Assembly: GCF_035084215.1 (NCBI RefSeq)
Contig: NC_090340.1
Location: 48,298,001 to 48,362,000 of the forward strand
DNA from: Heptranchias perlo
Lineage: Eukaryota
Length of the DNA: 64,000 bases
Reading direction: 5' to 3'
Part shown: piece after piece, positions 1-13,704 of the stretch
How the letters are laid out: each line of letters starts with the position of its first letter
Position numbering within the stretch: the stretch's first letter is position 1
The notes under the pieces: model-generated
Database searches by the model: none
The model's input: only the letters and a program-made list of their open reading frames with translations
Told to the model about the DNA's origin: nothing
Position numbers and translations under genes: made by a program

Positions 1-91
1 GTTGCCAATTTACCTCATTGCATGACAAGTGAGTGGAAGAGCCAAAATCAAAGCACTCTATAAAGATCTTAACCTGTGGGCTAAGATCATA

Positions 92-334
92 GGGGTTGAT
101 TTTAAATCCCAAGAATGGGTGGGTTGGGAACGGGTGGGACTTGAAAATAGTTGTTTTTTTGGGTCATGACCACAAAATTTTCAGACATTGCATTCCCAGT
201 GGGAAGCCTGTACTTTTACGCGCCGATGTTAAACCCGGAAATAAAGCCGGGTTGCGGTCGCGACCCAAAAAACCACTGTTTTCAACTCCCACCCGCCCCC
301 AACCCACCGGTTCTTGGGGTTTAAAATCACCCCC
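92..334. mobile_element. MITE family A (probably PIF/Harbinger-derived), ~240 bp, long terminal inverted repeats
   Basis: Left end GGGGTTGATTTTAAATCCCAAGAA pairs with right end TTCTTGGGGTTTAAAATCACCCCC, and the arms stay complementary for ~80 bp. Similar copies at 37527-37744 and 49279-49501. Confidence 0.85.
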
Positions 335-759
335 AATATCTTCAGACTTAAAGATAAATTTAGAAAACCTGCCACATTCAGCCTCAAGAAGCAGAATTCA
401 AGCAAACCACAAATTACACAATCCACTACAAATCTTGATAAAATAGCTTTCTGATTTTTGTATGTGACCAGAGCATAGGTTGAGGTAATTATTGAATTAT
501 ATATTAATCAAAAGTCACTTAAAATGTTTCCGTTCCTCAATTACTATAACTGTTAGTTTAGGTCACAGAAGAATCTTTAAAGTGTACACAAGAATGTCAG
601 ATCTTGGTCATTTGTTTCTGAATAATCTTTTTCTTCATCACAGATGTTTTGGATGATTTCCTGAGATATGCATGACTAACACCCAAGATTACATCTATGG
701 CCACAATCCAGAGATATTAATGTCACGTACATCACGCAATGTAGGAAATACTATCTGCT

Positions 760-985
760 TCAACCATTCCATGTGACAGTGAGCTCCCCATTCTCACCAC
801 TCTGTGTAAAGCAATTTCTCCTAAATTCTTTATTTGATCTGGAAGTGGCCCTTATATTTAAGACCCTTTGTTCTGGACTAACCTACAAGTGTACACAGAT
901 TCTCCACATCCACCCTGTCGAACCCCTTTGATAATACTATAGACCTCATCAGGTCTCCTCTTAGTCTTCTCTTTTCTAAAGAAAA
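760..985 (-). mobile_element. Degenerate CR1 LINE 3' ORF2 fragment
   Basis: Minus-strand peptide FSLEKRRLRGDL...KGFDRVDVE is the CR1 ORF2 C-terminal signature. Confidence 0.75.
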
Positions 986-1204
986 GACAACTATTTGATT
1001 GTGAAAGCAGTTTCTCTTCAGTAACAGGAGATAAATATATATATGACAACACTGGGCGAAGAGTACATGTAGAAGGCATGGTATCATGAACCGAGTCAAA
1101 AATGGGTTTACTTTATTTTAAAGTCAGCCATAGTATACAAAACGCTATGGTGTAAATTTTCATTATTTGCAGGACAGAGTTTCACCCTCTGGGAGCAGCT
1201 ATCA

Positions 1205-2040
1205 GGGGGGTAATGTTAACCCCCAAGAATGGGGGCGAGTGGGCATTAAAAATGGTTGACTTTTGGTGCGGGACTGCATTCCAGATCCAATGTGCCCATT
1301 TCTGGGTTTAACCCAGGCGCGTTTGGATGCGTGCGCACCAGAAACCCAGAAGTCCCATCCCCACTTAAAGCCGGTGGGCCGATACTTAAAAGGGCCGTGT
1401 AGCTCATTGTGATAGTTGAGGCACTTCATTTTTTGTGTATTAGAAAGGTCAAACAATTTTAACCTTACCTGTTCAGGTTTCCCATTGCTTCCAATTCACG
1501 TCAAGTGAAACCAGGCGGGTAGGGCCAGATCCATGAGGTGAGTGCCTTTATTGCACTGCTTCTGGGCCCGGTGGAGCAGGAGTGCTTCATCCAGGACCAA
1601 TGAGCTCACCTGGCGTGACAGGACCCCCACGATCGGCCGACCCACCCCCGATGCTGGACCAAACCCCCACCCCCCAGTGCTGGCTCCACCCCCCAACCAA
1701 ATGCTGGACCCCCCCCCCAATTGCTGGACCCTCCAATCTTCTCCAAGGCCCATCCAATGTTGTCCATGCCCCCCATCTACCCCCACCCCTCCGATTTCTT
1801 CCATGGCCCACAATCTCTCTCTCTTGCTCCCTCCCCACTCTCCGATTCGCGGCTCCTTTCACTTCCGACAGGCAGCCAACCTGTCACTCTGGCTGCCTGA
1901 CATGAGGGAAACCTAGAAGTACAAATACTTACCTTCAATTGAGTTGCGATCGCAGGTTGCGACGCACTCATTTGGCTTCCGGGTTCCCCATGCGAATATC
2001 TGCGGATGCACTGGGTTCCCGGCTCCGAGCTAAAATCATG
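1205..2040. mobile_element. Non-autonomous Harbinger-type element, one end intact, with an internal C-rich short tandem repeat
   Basis: The first ~190 bp (GGGGGTAATGTTAACCCCCAAGAA...GGGTTTAACCCAGGCGCG...CAGAAGTCCC) align with the reverse complement of the Harbinger terminus at 62760-62944. (C)nxxTGCTGGACC repeats at ~1640-1735. Right boundary approximate. Confidence 0.7.
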
Positions 2041-2631
2041 CTTCAGGAGTTCAGATGCAGGCCCGATTCATAGGTGGCTATATACTCTGGATGTGGAAAT
2101 GATACCTCTTTGCTGTGAAAACTTATCCTCATATTCTGGTGAGCTGAATTCTGTGGTTAAACTTGAATGTGGATGCCCTCATAAGATATTTTGACATTTC
2201 GTGAACTATTAAATCTTCAGCATGTCATCAGCAACATGGAGCACTTGTGGCTGCTGGGTAGCTGTACACAGTGTGTTGGGGCAGTGACTCTTAAATACCG
2301 TAAAGGACCAGAAATTGAGCTACAGCAGTGGTTGTCATTAAGTAGTAAAATGGATTCTATCTGTATTGCTTGAGGGAATTGAATATATTGAGGTATTTAA
2401 CTTGCAGTGTTTCCCACTTGTACAGCTGTTTATGTCATATGCCTGGTTGAGAGAAAAAATAAGTCACTTTTTGTCCAATCCTTTGCTAATGCTACCCGGT
2501 AACTAATTGCTACAAAGAGCATAAAAGTCTCCTGGAGTGACTATCCAGTTTATGCTCCTCCTTGTGGGGAAATACCTCACCAAAGCTCTGCATTTCCCCT
2601 GATGGGATGGCTAAGATCAGCAACACACCAC

Positions 2632-2828
2632 AGCCCTGAAATTCTGCTGTGGTTCTCACGGTCTCCTGCCGTACCTCTGGTGGGAGACTGGTGGAACCTC
2701 CAAGGAAATGGTGTAAACGACTGAAAAAGGCCATTTACAACATTTCTCTGGGAGGGGGGCGGTTTCAGCCAGTCTCCCACTGGAGCTAAGGTGGGAGACC
2801 GGAGAACTCCTGCAGAATTTCAGGACCC
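2632..2828. mobile_element. Short palindromic MITE
   Basis: GCCCTGAAATTCTGCTGTGGTTCTCACGGTCTCC at the left is inverted against GGAGACCGGAGAACTCCTGCAGAATTTCAGGACC at the right. Confidence 0.65.
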
Positions 2829-2925
2829 ATGTATGGAATTGCAAGCACAATGCTACGGCCTATCACTAAGTGGCACAAAGCGTTGGAATTACAATGTACT
2901 GTGTCATCCCAACAGTCCTAGCAAT

Positions 2926-3723
2926 GGGCCAGAAATTGCACAGAGCGGTGAGGCAACACTCACCACAGCTCCTGTGAATTTAATTAACGAAAATACTTAC
3001 TGCGGGCTCTGTGGCGTCCAATTGCCTGAATTTGAACTTTAAGCAAAATGTGCGCTATGAACCCAGTCTCTGCGCAGCGTGAGTTACCGCGCGGCTGGAA
3101 ACGTCTGTGAGGAGAAGACACGCCCACAAAACTGTAAGGAAGAGAAGTCCCACCCACAGATTCAGGCTGCATTGCTCAAGCAGGCAAGCAGACTTCATTC
3201 ATTTAAAGTTAGTATTCTGGATATCATTGTAAATAAAAATTTAACTTTTTTTATATAAAAAGCCAAAGAAATAGTTGAATTAAATTAAAGAGACAGCAGG
3301 GAAAAATAAATCAAAAATTTTAATTTTAATTTTTTTTTAATGACCAAAAACTATTAAATTAAAGGAGTAATATGAGACTCCACATGTTTAAAAGTTAATT
3401 TTTAGTTGTTTGGCAGTCATTAAGACTAACCGCGCTTTTAAAATTTAGTTTAGACCTGGTATTTTTAATCGTACCTGTTTGGTGGTGTAATTAGTTACTT
3501 TCCAGCTGGGCAGATAAGCAAGTTGGTGCTTTTTCTCTGATTGCAGCATGCGGTGTCCCTTTAATTCAAAGCTGTAATATCGCCGGCGAATCAACAGGAC
3601 AAGTTCACGATTTCCATGTTTTACTGAGCATGTGCAAACGTGGGAACTTGTTCCTTCAATTCACCACTAAAAACTGAGAGCGCTGTTGAGCTCCTCCATT
3701 ATTTCAGGAGCGATTTCTGGCCC
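2926..3723. mobile_element. MITE family B (~750-800 bp, Harbinger-like ends, 3-bp TSD)
   Basis: TIR GGGCCAGAAATTGC / GCGATTTCTGGCCC with AAT on both flanks. Internal homology to 18290-19036. Confidence 0.8.
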
Positions 3724-4477
3724 AATATCTTATTCTCAACAAATGAATTCTACTGCAATGAATGGCAATTAGATTTCTCAATTAAACCAGTGATCCCAGA
3801 TTAAGCCCAATCATGACTATTGGAAGTATGATTGGTGTCTCCCTGAATAAAGTGGGAAACCAAAAGCAAACACTTGCCAGTTATTATTCGGCTAACAGCA
3901 TATCCTGGTTTCAGCAACAGTTATTTATGTGAACCAAATATTCAAATACTCTTGCATTAAAACAAACTTATTAAAAGGTTGGAAAGAATCAGTATTGTGT
4001 AATGTTATATTGTACTGCACACGAGTCATTGCTGCCTCCCACAGTCAATCCCATGAAATTCAATGGCCGCCCATCCCAAGCTTCAAGTCATGATACTGGT
4101 TATTGAAGGATTTCATTTTGGTTCAGTCACTGTGGTTTTGCTATTCAATGCTTCTGTAAAAGTCATCAAGTAGTATAATTATGAAAAATGAAGGCTTGGC
4201 CAGCCAACTGAATGATGTGCCACTCCCAAAGGGGTCAACCATATGTCTTACATTAATTATGAGAACATTTCTTGTTAAGCAATTTCTACAGACCACATAT
4301 GTTTATTGTAGTCATCTGTACAGCATTAGACAAGGCAAGTTGGATTGGCACATTATCACTTTTTAAAATGGTGTTGTCAGGAAAGCAGTCCAGTACAGTT
4401 GTAAAAATGTTTAATTTATAGTTTTTATTAAATCATTTAGTTAATTGACTTGCTTTCTAATGACTGATCTTTTTTTT

Positions 4478-4620
4478 TTGCCTAAGGGAATCAAGGGATA
4501 TGGGGATAGGGTGGGAAAGTGGAGTTGAGGTAGAAGATCAGCCATGATCTTACTGAATGGCGGAGCAGGCTCGAGGCTGTATGGCCTACTCCTGCTTCTA
4601 TTTCTTATGTTTTTATGTTA
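4478..4620 (+). mobile_element. CR1 LINE 3' tail
   Basis: GATCAGCCATGATCTTACTGAATGGCGGAGCAGGCTCG...CCTACTCCTGCTTCTATTTCTTATG; the same tail occurs at 24180-24300 (+) and 43272-43420 (-). Confidence 0.75.
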
Positions 4621-5228
4621 TGTTCTGGCACTAAAAGGGGTGGAAGTGAAAGTGATGGTGCAAAACCAGGTTTTTTTTGCATTTTCGTCTCTAGACTAAA
4701 AGGCAAATTAATTAGTTCATCAAGTCTACATTGTCCCCAAAAACTTATTTATAGGATCTCCTTCTTTAGACCTTTTAAGTACTATGTAGAAAACTGTAAA
4801 GTAACTTAAAAGGATAGAGGAACTCCTAACTTGAATTTACCATAGTATCATATCATAGTGCTTAACACTGATACTAGGTGCCTAAAATGTAAATGTTCCA
4901 TTCGCCAGAACTACCACCTCTCATTTTGATGAGCTCAAAATTCTTTAAATTTTTTAAAAACATAACCACTCATGTAAACAAACATTTTGTAAGTTCAATG
5001 GTACAGTGAAACTGCAGTCCATAGGAAACAATGGAGCACCTAGTTGCTTCTTTCAACTACCAACCACCCATGTAGCCAGTTTACTATTTTGTGACTGGGG
5101 TGCACATTTAGACGTTCAACACTTGAGGTGAAAATGTAAAGACTTTATGCCGAAATTCTGAAGAATTTGAAATAATATTGATTCATTTAAAATTTGCCAG
5201 ACTCTGGAGACAGGAATAGTCTACTCAC

Positions 5229-5325
5229 CAGTTACAAATGTGTATGATCCATTATGGTCATCTTTAACCAGAGGAAAGAATGCCTTCCAGGATGTGAAAG
5301 TGCTGAGCAACAGGGTGTTCAGAAC
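5229..5325 (-). CDS. SDR-family oxidoreductase-like gene, coding exon 4 (VLNTLLLSTFTSWKAFFPLVKDDHNGSYTFVT); later exons not found in the window
   Basis: Acceptor ttgcag and donor gtgagt; 97 nt, phase 0 to 1; in frame with exon 3. Confidence 0.85.
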
Positions 5326-5487
5326 CTGCAATGTATTATGTGTATATTTAACACCATGGCAACTTATTAGGTCTGCAGGTTGCTGCACAGTCTCTGGTAC
5401 AAGTTCTAGCTTAAGAAAACATGCTTTGGCTGGGAGGAGATCATTGAATGACAGAAAAAACAAATTAATCCAGTGAAAAGAATCGAA

Positions 5488-6139
5488 GGTGGGGATTTTA
5501 ACCCCAGCCGTGCAGAAACTGAGCTGTTAAAGTGGAGTGGGGGACTCCGTTCCTACACCGATCTGGCCGACTGCAACTTTAAATTACAGACAGCAGGGAC
5601 ACCCACCCTAAGCCGGGGGGTCCTCTTTAAATATGCAAATCGGGCTCCAATGGACTAGGGGCCCGATCTGCTTTCTCAGCCCAGAAACAACCGATGACGT
5701 CATCTGCCATTTTAACCCCTGCTGGGCCAAACCTGCCAGGAACAATAGCCAGGGTCAGAAGAGACCCAGCAAGATAAGTGTTTTCATTTTTTTTAGTTTC
5801 CTTGTGGGCCAAGAGGAAGAGGAGTGCTTCCCCAGGCCCCACAAGGAAACCTTGGACCTCCCCTTCCTCAGACTTCTTCCTGCACTTCCCCCACTGGGAT
5901 TCCCCTCACGGACCACTTACCTTGCGTCAGGGACCGTACCCTTGGGCCTCCTGTCGCCCAATTTTAACGACCGGGCAGCTGCTTCCCGCCGACTTCCTGG
6001 CCATTTTGGTCGGTAAGTCAGCAAGCGGCACGCTAATGATAACGAGCCATTAAAACCGGCGGCGCCTGTCTGCTGCCGCTCCTGAAAGGTACGCTGCTTA
6101 CTTTGCCATGCTTCCACCCAGGAATTAAAATCAAGCCCC
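5488..6139. mobile_element. GC-rich non-autonomous DNA transposon (Harbinger-like MITE)
   Basis: GGGGATTTTAACCCCAG at the left and GGAATTAAAATCAAGCCCC at the right; CpG-rich interior in AT-rich intron; resembles the 1205-2040 element internally. Confidence 0.55.
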
Positions 6140-7098
6140 AAGATTCATTTGGACCCTCTCTTGTAGCTGTTAGGAGGGGGTTGCGCGTGGAGGAACGAAT
6201 TGTTCAACACTCAAAGTACAAGTCCAAATCATTTTATCTGATTGTATAACATTTACCTCGGGCAAAGATTAGTTTTGAAATTATGACTGTTAAGAGTTCT
6301 CAAACTCCAGCTTTGACTCCAATTTAATTTGATGGTGCTATGTCAGTTAAGCATGTACTTGCTATCACTATTTCTCTAACATTTCCATAATATTTCATAT
6401 TACTTAAATTTTCATCGGCATTTAATTGAAAGGTGAAATAGGTTTGAGGGCCATAGAATATCCTCATAAGAAAGAGATTTTCATGTAACCATTCATGCCT
6501 AAGCTAGATCCTTAAATGCAGACTGTAGCCTACACACCCTTTACAGTAAGTGACACATAAAACATATAGAAGAGGGAAAAAAACATTTGCCTGTTGAGGC
6601 TACTCCTTCCAACAGACCCAGTACAATTTGTACAAATTCTACCCAATTTATTTAAAAGAATTTTGATCAATCTATATATAAGGAAAAAAAATACAATATC
6701 TGATATTCCGGTTACCAGAGATCTGGCTTAACAACAAAGGTAAGTACAGCCAAGCAGCATTGATGCCTGACGTGGCATCAGCAGGAAGAATGCATATTTT
6801 GAAACTGGCATCTATTCAACTTGTGGCTTCAAAATTATCTGGTTACTAAATAAGGGTACAGCTGATGATAAGCCCTCTACTGAATTGTACGGGTTCATGA
6901 TGATAGAAGTTAACACAGTTTAAATGTTGCACACACTACTGTAAAAATATCTGTCCATCTATATTTATTACAGCGCTGGCTGGTTTCCTTGGAGGAAGCT
7001 TTATCAAAGTTAATATATCACAGGCAAATAATTCATGATTGGAAACAGCAATTCTGTTCAAAAAGTCTTGGGTTCAAGGTTTTAATTCTGACACTTAC

Positions 7099-7238
7099 CC
7101 TATTCAGTTCCTCCAGTGTTTGAGTGTGAGGAGGACCACCCTGCCACCAGCTGAACCCCAAGGATGAGACAATATCCGTCACCTTCCCAACAGCCTGCAG
7201 CACTGCCTTTTTAGCTGCTTCAGCACCCTCTTCAGAAC
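7099..7238 (-). CDS. SDR-family oxidoreductase-like gene, coding exon 3 (GSEEGAEAAKKAVLQAVGKVTDIVSSLGFSWWQGGPPHTQTLEELNR)
   Basis: Acceptor ctccag and donor gtaagt; 140 nt, phase 1 to 0. Confidence 0.88.
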
Positions 7239-7673
7239 CTGGAGACATTCAGGCAGTTAAAAAAAAAATACAGTGAAACATTTAATGACCTGCAGCTCCA
7301 ACACTCAACAACGTTAGTTCTTACTGTAGGCTTTACTGAAATATATCAAAAGGTTTGTTACATTGCCAGCCTCATTACTAATGCTTCAATTTAAACCAGA
7401 CCTTTCTGATTGCTTATATTAAAGATCCAAAGGGACGGAAGGACAGTATGTGCTTGTTTATATTCATAGCAATTTTATGCTACCTATGTAAAAAGAGTTG
7501 GTTAGCAGTTTTCTGCACCAAGATTCAATTGAGCTGGATTTTCTTGTTGGACGTCTATAGAAATCTTTCACCTTTTGTTTTTTTAATGCTGTTTTTTCGC
7601 TGTCCTTTTCTCCCCCCACCAAAAGAGTACTTTTTGTTCCTCCTTGAGTTACTGTTTGAAAAGGATATCTTAC

Positions 7674-7781
7674 CTACGTCTCCAACCAATGTAAAAAGCC
7701 TAGATTTGGTCGCAGCTGGGACAAAGTTTTTCAGCTTTTCCAAACGGGCTGCATCTCTGGATATAACTGCCACGCGGAAGC
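7674..7781 (-). CDS. SDR-family oxidoreductase-like gene, coding exon 2 (GFRVAVISRDAARLEKLKNFVPAATKSRLFTLVGDV)
   Basis: Acceptor ttctag and donor gtaag; 108 nt, phase 1 to 1. Rossmann beta2 (VAVISR) and beta3 (LVGDV) motifs. Confidence 0.88.
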
Positions 7782-8289
7782 CTAGAAGACATAAAAAAGG
7801 GATTCAACAACAGCAACAACAATATAGCCCCTTCACATCAGTAAATTTTTTCTTCATCTATTGGTCCTGGGTTTGAATCCAGCCCAGACTGTCAGGATAA
7901 AAACTTCTCTCTATACGTGAACGAGTTAGGGTCAACGTCAACACAGCTCCTAACAGATGCAGTTTGGAACAATTGGCACTAAACTGGCAATCTTATTGAA
8001 ACCGAGCAGAAGAATGGATGGTGTGAAAAATGTGGAGGGAAAATTCCAGTAATGGAATTTAGGAGTTAAGACAGATATTATTGGGCCAGAGAAAAAGGAG
8101 CTTTATTCTACATCCTTTCTGAAATGCTATACCTGGCCGTCGGGTGTTTGTTAATGATACCGAACAGCAGAAGTGGAAAATGTTCCATTCTCCTTGCACT
8201 GATTGTGTTTACCTTGGTAAGCACAAAAGCTAACCGAAAAGAAAATGAAAAGTATGATTAATTCAAAAAATACAAAATAGAAAGTATGG

Positions 8290-8490
8290 TGGTGTCCTGG
8301 CCAACATTCATTCCAAAACTGATTAACTGGTCATTTACCTCATTTGCTGTTTTGTGGGATGTTGCTCTGTGTAAATTGGTTGCTGTATTTGCCTACGTTA
8401 CAAAAGTGACTGCATTTCAAAAGTAATTTATATGAAGCACTTTGGGACATGCTGAGCACATAAATGGTGCTATATAAATATCTTTCTTTA
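8290..8490 (+). mobile_element. SINE fragment with L2-type tail (Deu/SacSINE-like)
   Basis: GGTGTCCTGGCCAACATT...AAGCACTTTGGGACAT...GGTGCTATATAAAT...TCTTTCTTT; homologous to the copies at 9130, 11735, 41270 and 63715. Confidence 0.6.
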
Positions 8491-8841
8491 TTGTACCAAG
8501 GGGTACTAAATAACGTACCCTGGAGGTGGAAAGACAGACCAAATTAATTAAGAAAATACTGCTGTGTTAAAGTGTGTGATTATGAACAAATATGTGAGCA
8601 TTAAACAGAAACAGGCAAATCGAACTGTGTGATATCAGTAATAAATGAGTTAATGCATTCATGTGAAGTTCCTCAGTCTGCTATTTTAACAGAAGTGTTT
8701 CAGCATTTTATGTTAGCGGATAAAAGAATTTCATATGAATGTATTGATGTGTCCATTTTTTATATCATACAGCATGGTTTCAACCTACGTATGACATAGC
8801 CAGAATTGATAAATGTGCCCGCAAGTGAACTCGATTGGACA

Positions 8842-9009
8842 GGGTAAATTTTCATCCTCATAACATGGGTGGTCAACTGGCAGAGCGGATTGCTCACTTG
8901 TTACAGAGCTCGTTTCATTTTCATTCCATTGAATCAGATGGGTTCTACAAAGGGCGGGCGATCTGCTCTATTAGATTACAGCCCAGGCGGTGAAGACAAA
9001 AACTTACCC
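8842..9009. mobile_element. Short palindromic MITE
   Basis: GGGTAAATTTTCATCCTCA / TGAAGACAAAAACTTACCC ends; inner arms AGAGCGGATTGCTCAC / GCGGGCGATCTGCTCT. Confidence 0.55.
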
Positions 9010-9129
9010 TGATAATTCTTGAGAAGCAAATTCATGACCAAACTGTTCTGAGCCTCACAAGTAAAAATATTTTTCACATCTCACAGCTGGCCATGACATA
9101 TGAAAAATCTCTAATCCATTTTCTGGACA

Positions 9130-9435
9130 CAAGAAAGAAAAACTTGTATTCATATAGCACCTTATTACATCCTCAAGTGCCAATGAATTACTTTAGAAGT
9201 GTTGACACTGTCATGTAGGCAAACACAACAGCCAATTTGCACATCAGATGGTCCTATAACAGTAAATGAGATGAATGAAATGTTAATCTATCTTTTGTAG
9301 TGATAGTTGAGGCAGGAATATTGGCCAGGATACCAGAAGAACTCAATGATCTTTTTCAAATACTGCCATGGGATCTTTTATATCTGCCTGAAAGGACAGA
9401 CAGAACTTCAGTTTAATATCTCATTCAAAAGACGG
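9130..9435 (-). mobile_element. SINE with L2-type tail (Deu/SacSINE-like)
   Basis: Reverse complement of the same SINE tail (AAGAAAGAAAAACTTGTATTCATATAGCACCTT...). Confidence 0.6.
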
Positions 9436-11734
9436 GGAGCAGATTTTCCTCTCATTGCACGTGGGTGTAAAGGATCACCTGGGTGTAGGGCGTAGGCCCT
9501 GAAATGACACTGTGGGTTAATAAATATGAACACTGAATGTGTCTGTCTTAAATTCCTCTCTTTCTTTCTTAGCAAAGGTGTGATTCATTTATTTTAAATG
9601 CGTTAAAGCCTCCACTAAAATACTGGAGAGAAAAATTTCAGACAAATACATTAGGTGCTCATACCTATTATGCCATAGTCTTAGAATTTACGTCATGAAA
9701 CCAACTTTGCCGTTCTTCTTTGAAACTTCAAAATATCCTTTTGAAGATTGGGAGTTCAAAACTGCACGCGATGACCTGCAACCAAAATCTCTTGAAAAAC
9801 ATTCCAGTCCTTGATCGGTCCTGCTGATAGCAGCTTCAGATTGACTTGATATTTTCAGTGAAATGGTTGATAATTGCACCCAAACTTTGACTAGCACCTA
9901 TGTGGGAGCACTAAACACAGCCTTAAACAGAAGGAGAACGTGAAAATCACAGCTTGAGTCACTTTAGACTACTGTCACAAACCTCATTATGACTGTTTAC
10001 TAAGCAAACAGTCCCCGTTATGTCATGAGAGACTTATGGGGAGGGGAGCCACTGAAAAATACAAATGCATTTTATTAAAACAAAATAAAACACTTCATTG
10101 TAAACATACTCTATATAGACTTCTGCGCATGATAACTACTTCCCTAAGTTAACAGGATCTTAAGTTTATGTCTCAAATATACACATTAACATTCTGCATC
10201 ATATGTTTCATGACACAACATGTTCCCATCAAGATAACAGTTCAAACATTGTAGCACGGAATCATTTTTTTATTATTATTCTTGTGTGATGGTAATGATT
10301 TCAAGAGAAATGATTTCATAGTGAGTAAGTAATTTAGGAACCAACCATGATGAGTCAGTAGCATAACCACAGAAGTCTTGTTAACAAAGGAGGCCTTTTA
10401 AGGACACACGGGAATATCAGTAATGTCAAACAAGTTTGGTTCTGTTCAATTGGCCCATCTCTTAATGATATAACAAATTATATTTCGCCTGCTTTTATAT
10501 TCCACTTATCAATGCCATTAAAATGACAGACAACTCTTGAGGATTTAAAGAGAATTATTTTAAAGATCAAACCTTTTTTTCACCAGAATGAACAATGGCC
10601 TTTCTATTGTTTTGTTTCAATTTTTATTTTAAAAAAAAACAAAGTTGTTACTCACTTACAACCACAGACTTTATTTGGGATCATCAGGCTTATTACATGG
10701 TACCATTAGATACTGATGCGTCTCAAAGTATCTGTGAAGTATGTTACAAAATTCATGTATTTAAAGACTCAGTTTCATGGGTTGGATGGTTCACTAACTC
10801 ACCCATACACTTTTTCAATACTTCAGCAAAGCCATTGATATCAGGCATGTTCAGTGGAGGTTTTTATTCCTCCAACCATTTTCTCCCTTTATCCCTCCTG
10901 GCCTGCAGGTGATGCACACACTTAAGTACCTCACGCAAGTGGCCGTGTTTGGAAAATGAAACTCAGCAAGATATCAAACCATTGGAGCTAAGCCTCATCC
11001 GGTCCTGGCTCAATAACCTTGAAATTCCTGCTGGACTGCTGCACTGGTGAAAGTGTGATTGGACATGACTTGTAACCACCGGTCTAATGTAACACTGACC
11101 CTGTCTCATATCCCAGGGATGGGGAAATGAGCATAAAGGTGATGGTCATGCGCCATTTACGGCACTCCCTGGGTGTCCACCTCCTGAGGGGCAAAGAATT
11201 TCAGAACTGCACCTTGTCACTCCACGGGAAGGCTGTAGGCTGTTCCAGCTGAAGATTCTGATTTTTTTGAAAGATGAGTGATTGGACATTGGCCACTTTC
11301 CTAATGGCTATCAATTGCTGTTCAGGAACTGGCAATGTGGGCCCCTAAAAAAGGGCAGGGATCCAGCAGAACTGGCTCCCGCCCCCAAATCCCTCTCGTG
11401 CCCACCCAGATAGTGCCAAATGTACGTTGCCAGATACTAGGAATTTGTAGCCCAATTTTCATACAGCAGGGTCATTAAATTGTAATCAGGTTTGGGAACC
11501 CTAGCTAATGTCCAGGAATGCTCAGACTAACTGAGACCAACTAGATTTGAGGTCAAACCAGAAATATTATTTGTTAATATGACTCAGTACCACACCAGTT
11601 ATATCAGTTACTCACTGAACTACAGGGGACGCCCTGCTGTTGACTTGCACAATATTGATATTTGGCATCCTCAGCTATAACAGGCACAATTTTCAGTTTC
11701 AAGAGGATAATTATTCTGCAAATCTTGTCTGGCT

Positions 11735-12015
11735 GAATTTCTGTTTGGCTCAGTGGTAGCTATTACCTTTAAGCCAAAAGACTTTGGTTTTAAGGGCAAT
11801 CCCAGGACTTCTGCTGGTAATCTAGGCTGATATTTTATTGTAATACTACAGGAATGCTGCATTGTAGATTGGATTGAGATGTTAAACCAGGACTGTGTGC
11901 AGGTTAGCTGCTGCACCTACCTACAAAAGAACAGGGACTACACTTCAAAAGGAATTTGCTTTGGGATGTCCTGAGGACATGAAAGTTCTTATATAAATAC
12001 AACTTCTTTCTTTTT
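11735..12015 (+). mobile_element. tRNA-headed SINE with L2-type tail, degenerate
   Basis: TGGCTCAGTGGTAGC A-box-like head and GCTTTGGGATGTCCTGAGGACATGAAAG...TATATAAATACAACTTCTTTC tail. Confidence 0.55.
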
Positions 12016-13704
12016 TCTCACATCAGTACCACAGTGAAATCAAAAGAAAAAAATTCACAGCTTGTGACGGACGAAGTGAGTATTTCCACTTCATAAATAT
12101 TGACTTAACTATATATTTTATGTTATTTGCATTTCTGATCTCAGATTCAAGAAGAATTCTGTGAAAGTGTCATTGTTATATATTGGCAAAAAAAAATGAT
12201 ACAGATAATCTGTAAATGGGGTATGAGTATAAAGTTAATAGGTCTCAAGTAAGACTAGAAAGTAGGATTCCCCCCACTCCACATTATGAATATATGGAAT
12301 AGACTCAATTAATTTAGTTTCTGTTATTGATTTACAGCTTTAAAAAGAGCTAGATGAACGTTTGGTTCGGAATGGCCTTGAAGGATGAGTACAGATTAAG
12401 GGAATTGAATAAAGAAACATGATGGTTCCTGAGCTGCTGAAATCATGGAAGTGACATGCCAAGAAAGCATCTCGTTCAGGACGAAACTTTATATAGTTAC
12501 TCTGAAGTTTCACTTGATTTATGTTGTTGGGAGTGGGGTGGGATGGGGGGGACGGGCGGCGGGTGTGGAAGGAGAAATTTCTAGAACCTTCGTTCAGGAG
12601 ATTAAATAGTTTGGCTACAATCCATGATAGACCAGATTGTACATTATGTGGAGAAGGAAAGGGCTGAATGGTCTTTTCTTATCCCATGGTTTCCTATGTT
12701 CTTACCTTCTGCATCACTGTTGCTAAACATATTACAGATTTGTCATGAAGAGAGCAATTTCTGTAGAACGGCAGAAAGAATGTTAATCTTTTACAGGGAT
12801 GCATGTCTCTGATCCATGTGTTAAAGGAGTGATGCACCGGTAATAAATTTGTCAGGCTTATCGCCTCCTGATTACAAACCATCCCAGACACCAATCTGGG
12901 AGATTTCTAATGTGCCCTTGCTGCTACTGTCAGTACAGCAGCTCTCAGCTACGAGGTGACATGGTAGGAATCCTTAAGAAGGGGAAGGCAAATTAAAATA
13001 TAATTATCTCCTATCAGCTAGATATTAACTAGCTATGGGAGGGAACAGAATGCACCTCACCTGCCTAAACACTGAACATAAGAGCTCATAAAATGGATAT
13101 CACTAATCAGTGCACTTGGTATTTTAGCTCCTCAAAAAGAACACTGCGATCAATTGACTTTTGATTCAGAGTGTTGTTAGGAGACATTGTATATTTAATT
13201 TCCTTGCCCACAGCATATGGGGACTTGTCTGTTATGTCTCAAGCTGGGAAAGTGCCCCATAGCTAATGTAGTTCTCACAGGTTTAGCAAAGAGTAGAATT
13301 ATTCTCAATCCTGGGTGCTGATCAGGAGGTGTCGGCAACAGTGCAAAAATTGTCGGTTCGAACTACACCTCTCAGACAGCATTCTAGAATTAAGAAAGAT
13401 ACTAATCCACACTAATGTTAGGAGAGTCGCTTGCTGACAGACCCATCACTGATGCCCTCTGAGCTGCTCTTTTCTGACATAACAGCTATCCAGCAACTGT
13501 GGGAGAGAAGAATAAATATCAAATTTTTCCAAACAGAAAATAATTTTTTTAAACAATATTTTGAATAATTTAAGGGGAGGGGGCAGTACTTTACATTGAA
13601 AGCACTCATCCTACCATAATAATAGACTTCAGTTATACTGCCACTTTTGTGACACTTCGCAGTGACTCAAATAAAATAGTTTAACGCCAGAGTAATTTTG
13701 AAGA

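Noticed and set aside
1496-1971. Pro/Gly-rich ORFs on both strands
   Set aside because: Artefacts of the C-rich tandem repeat inside a non-autonomous transposon.
9688-9897. 69-aa minus-strand ORF in SDR intron 1
   Set aside because: Not needed for the SDR frame, no recognisable motif and weak splice signals.
13418-13520. Very strong minus-strand acceptor (tttattcttctctcccacag) and short ORF in SDR intron 1
   Set aside because: No convincing donor, an early stop and no homology; single strong acceptors occur by chance.
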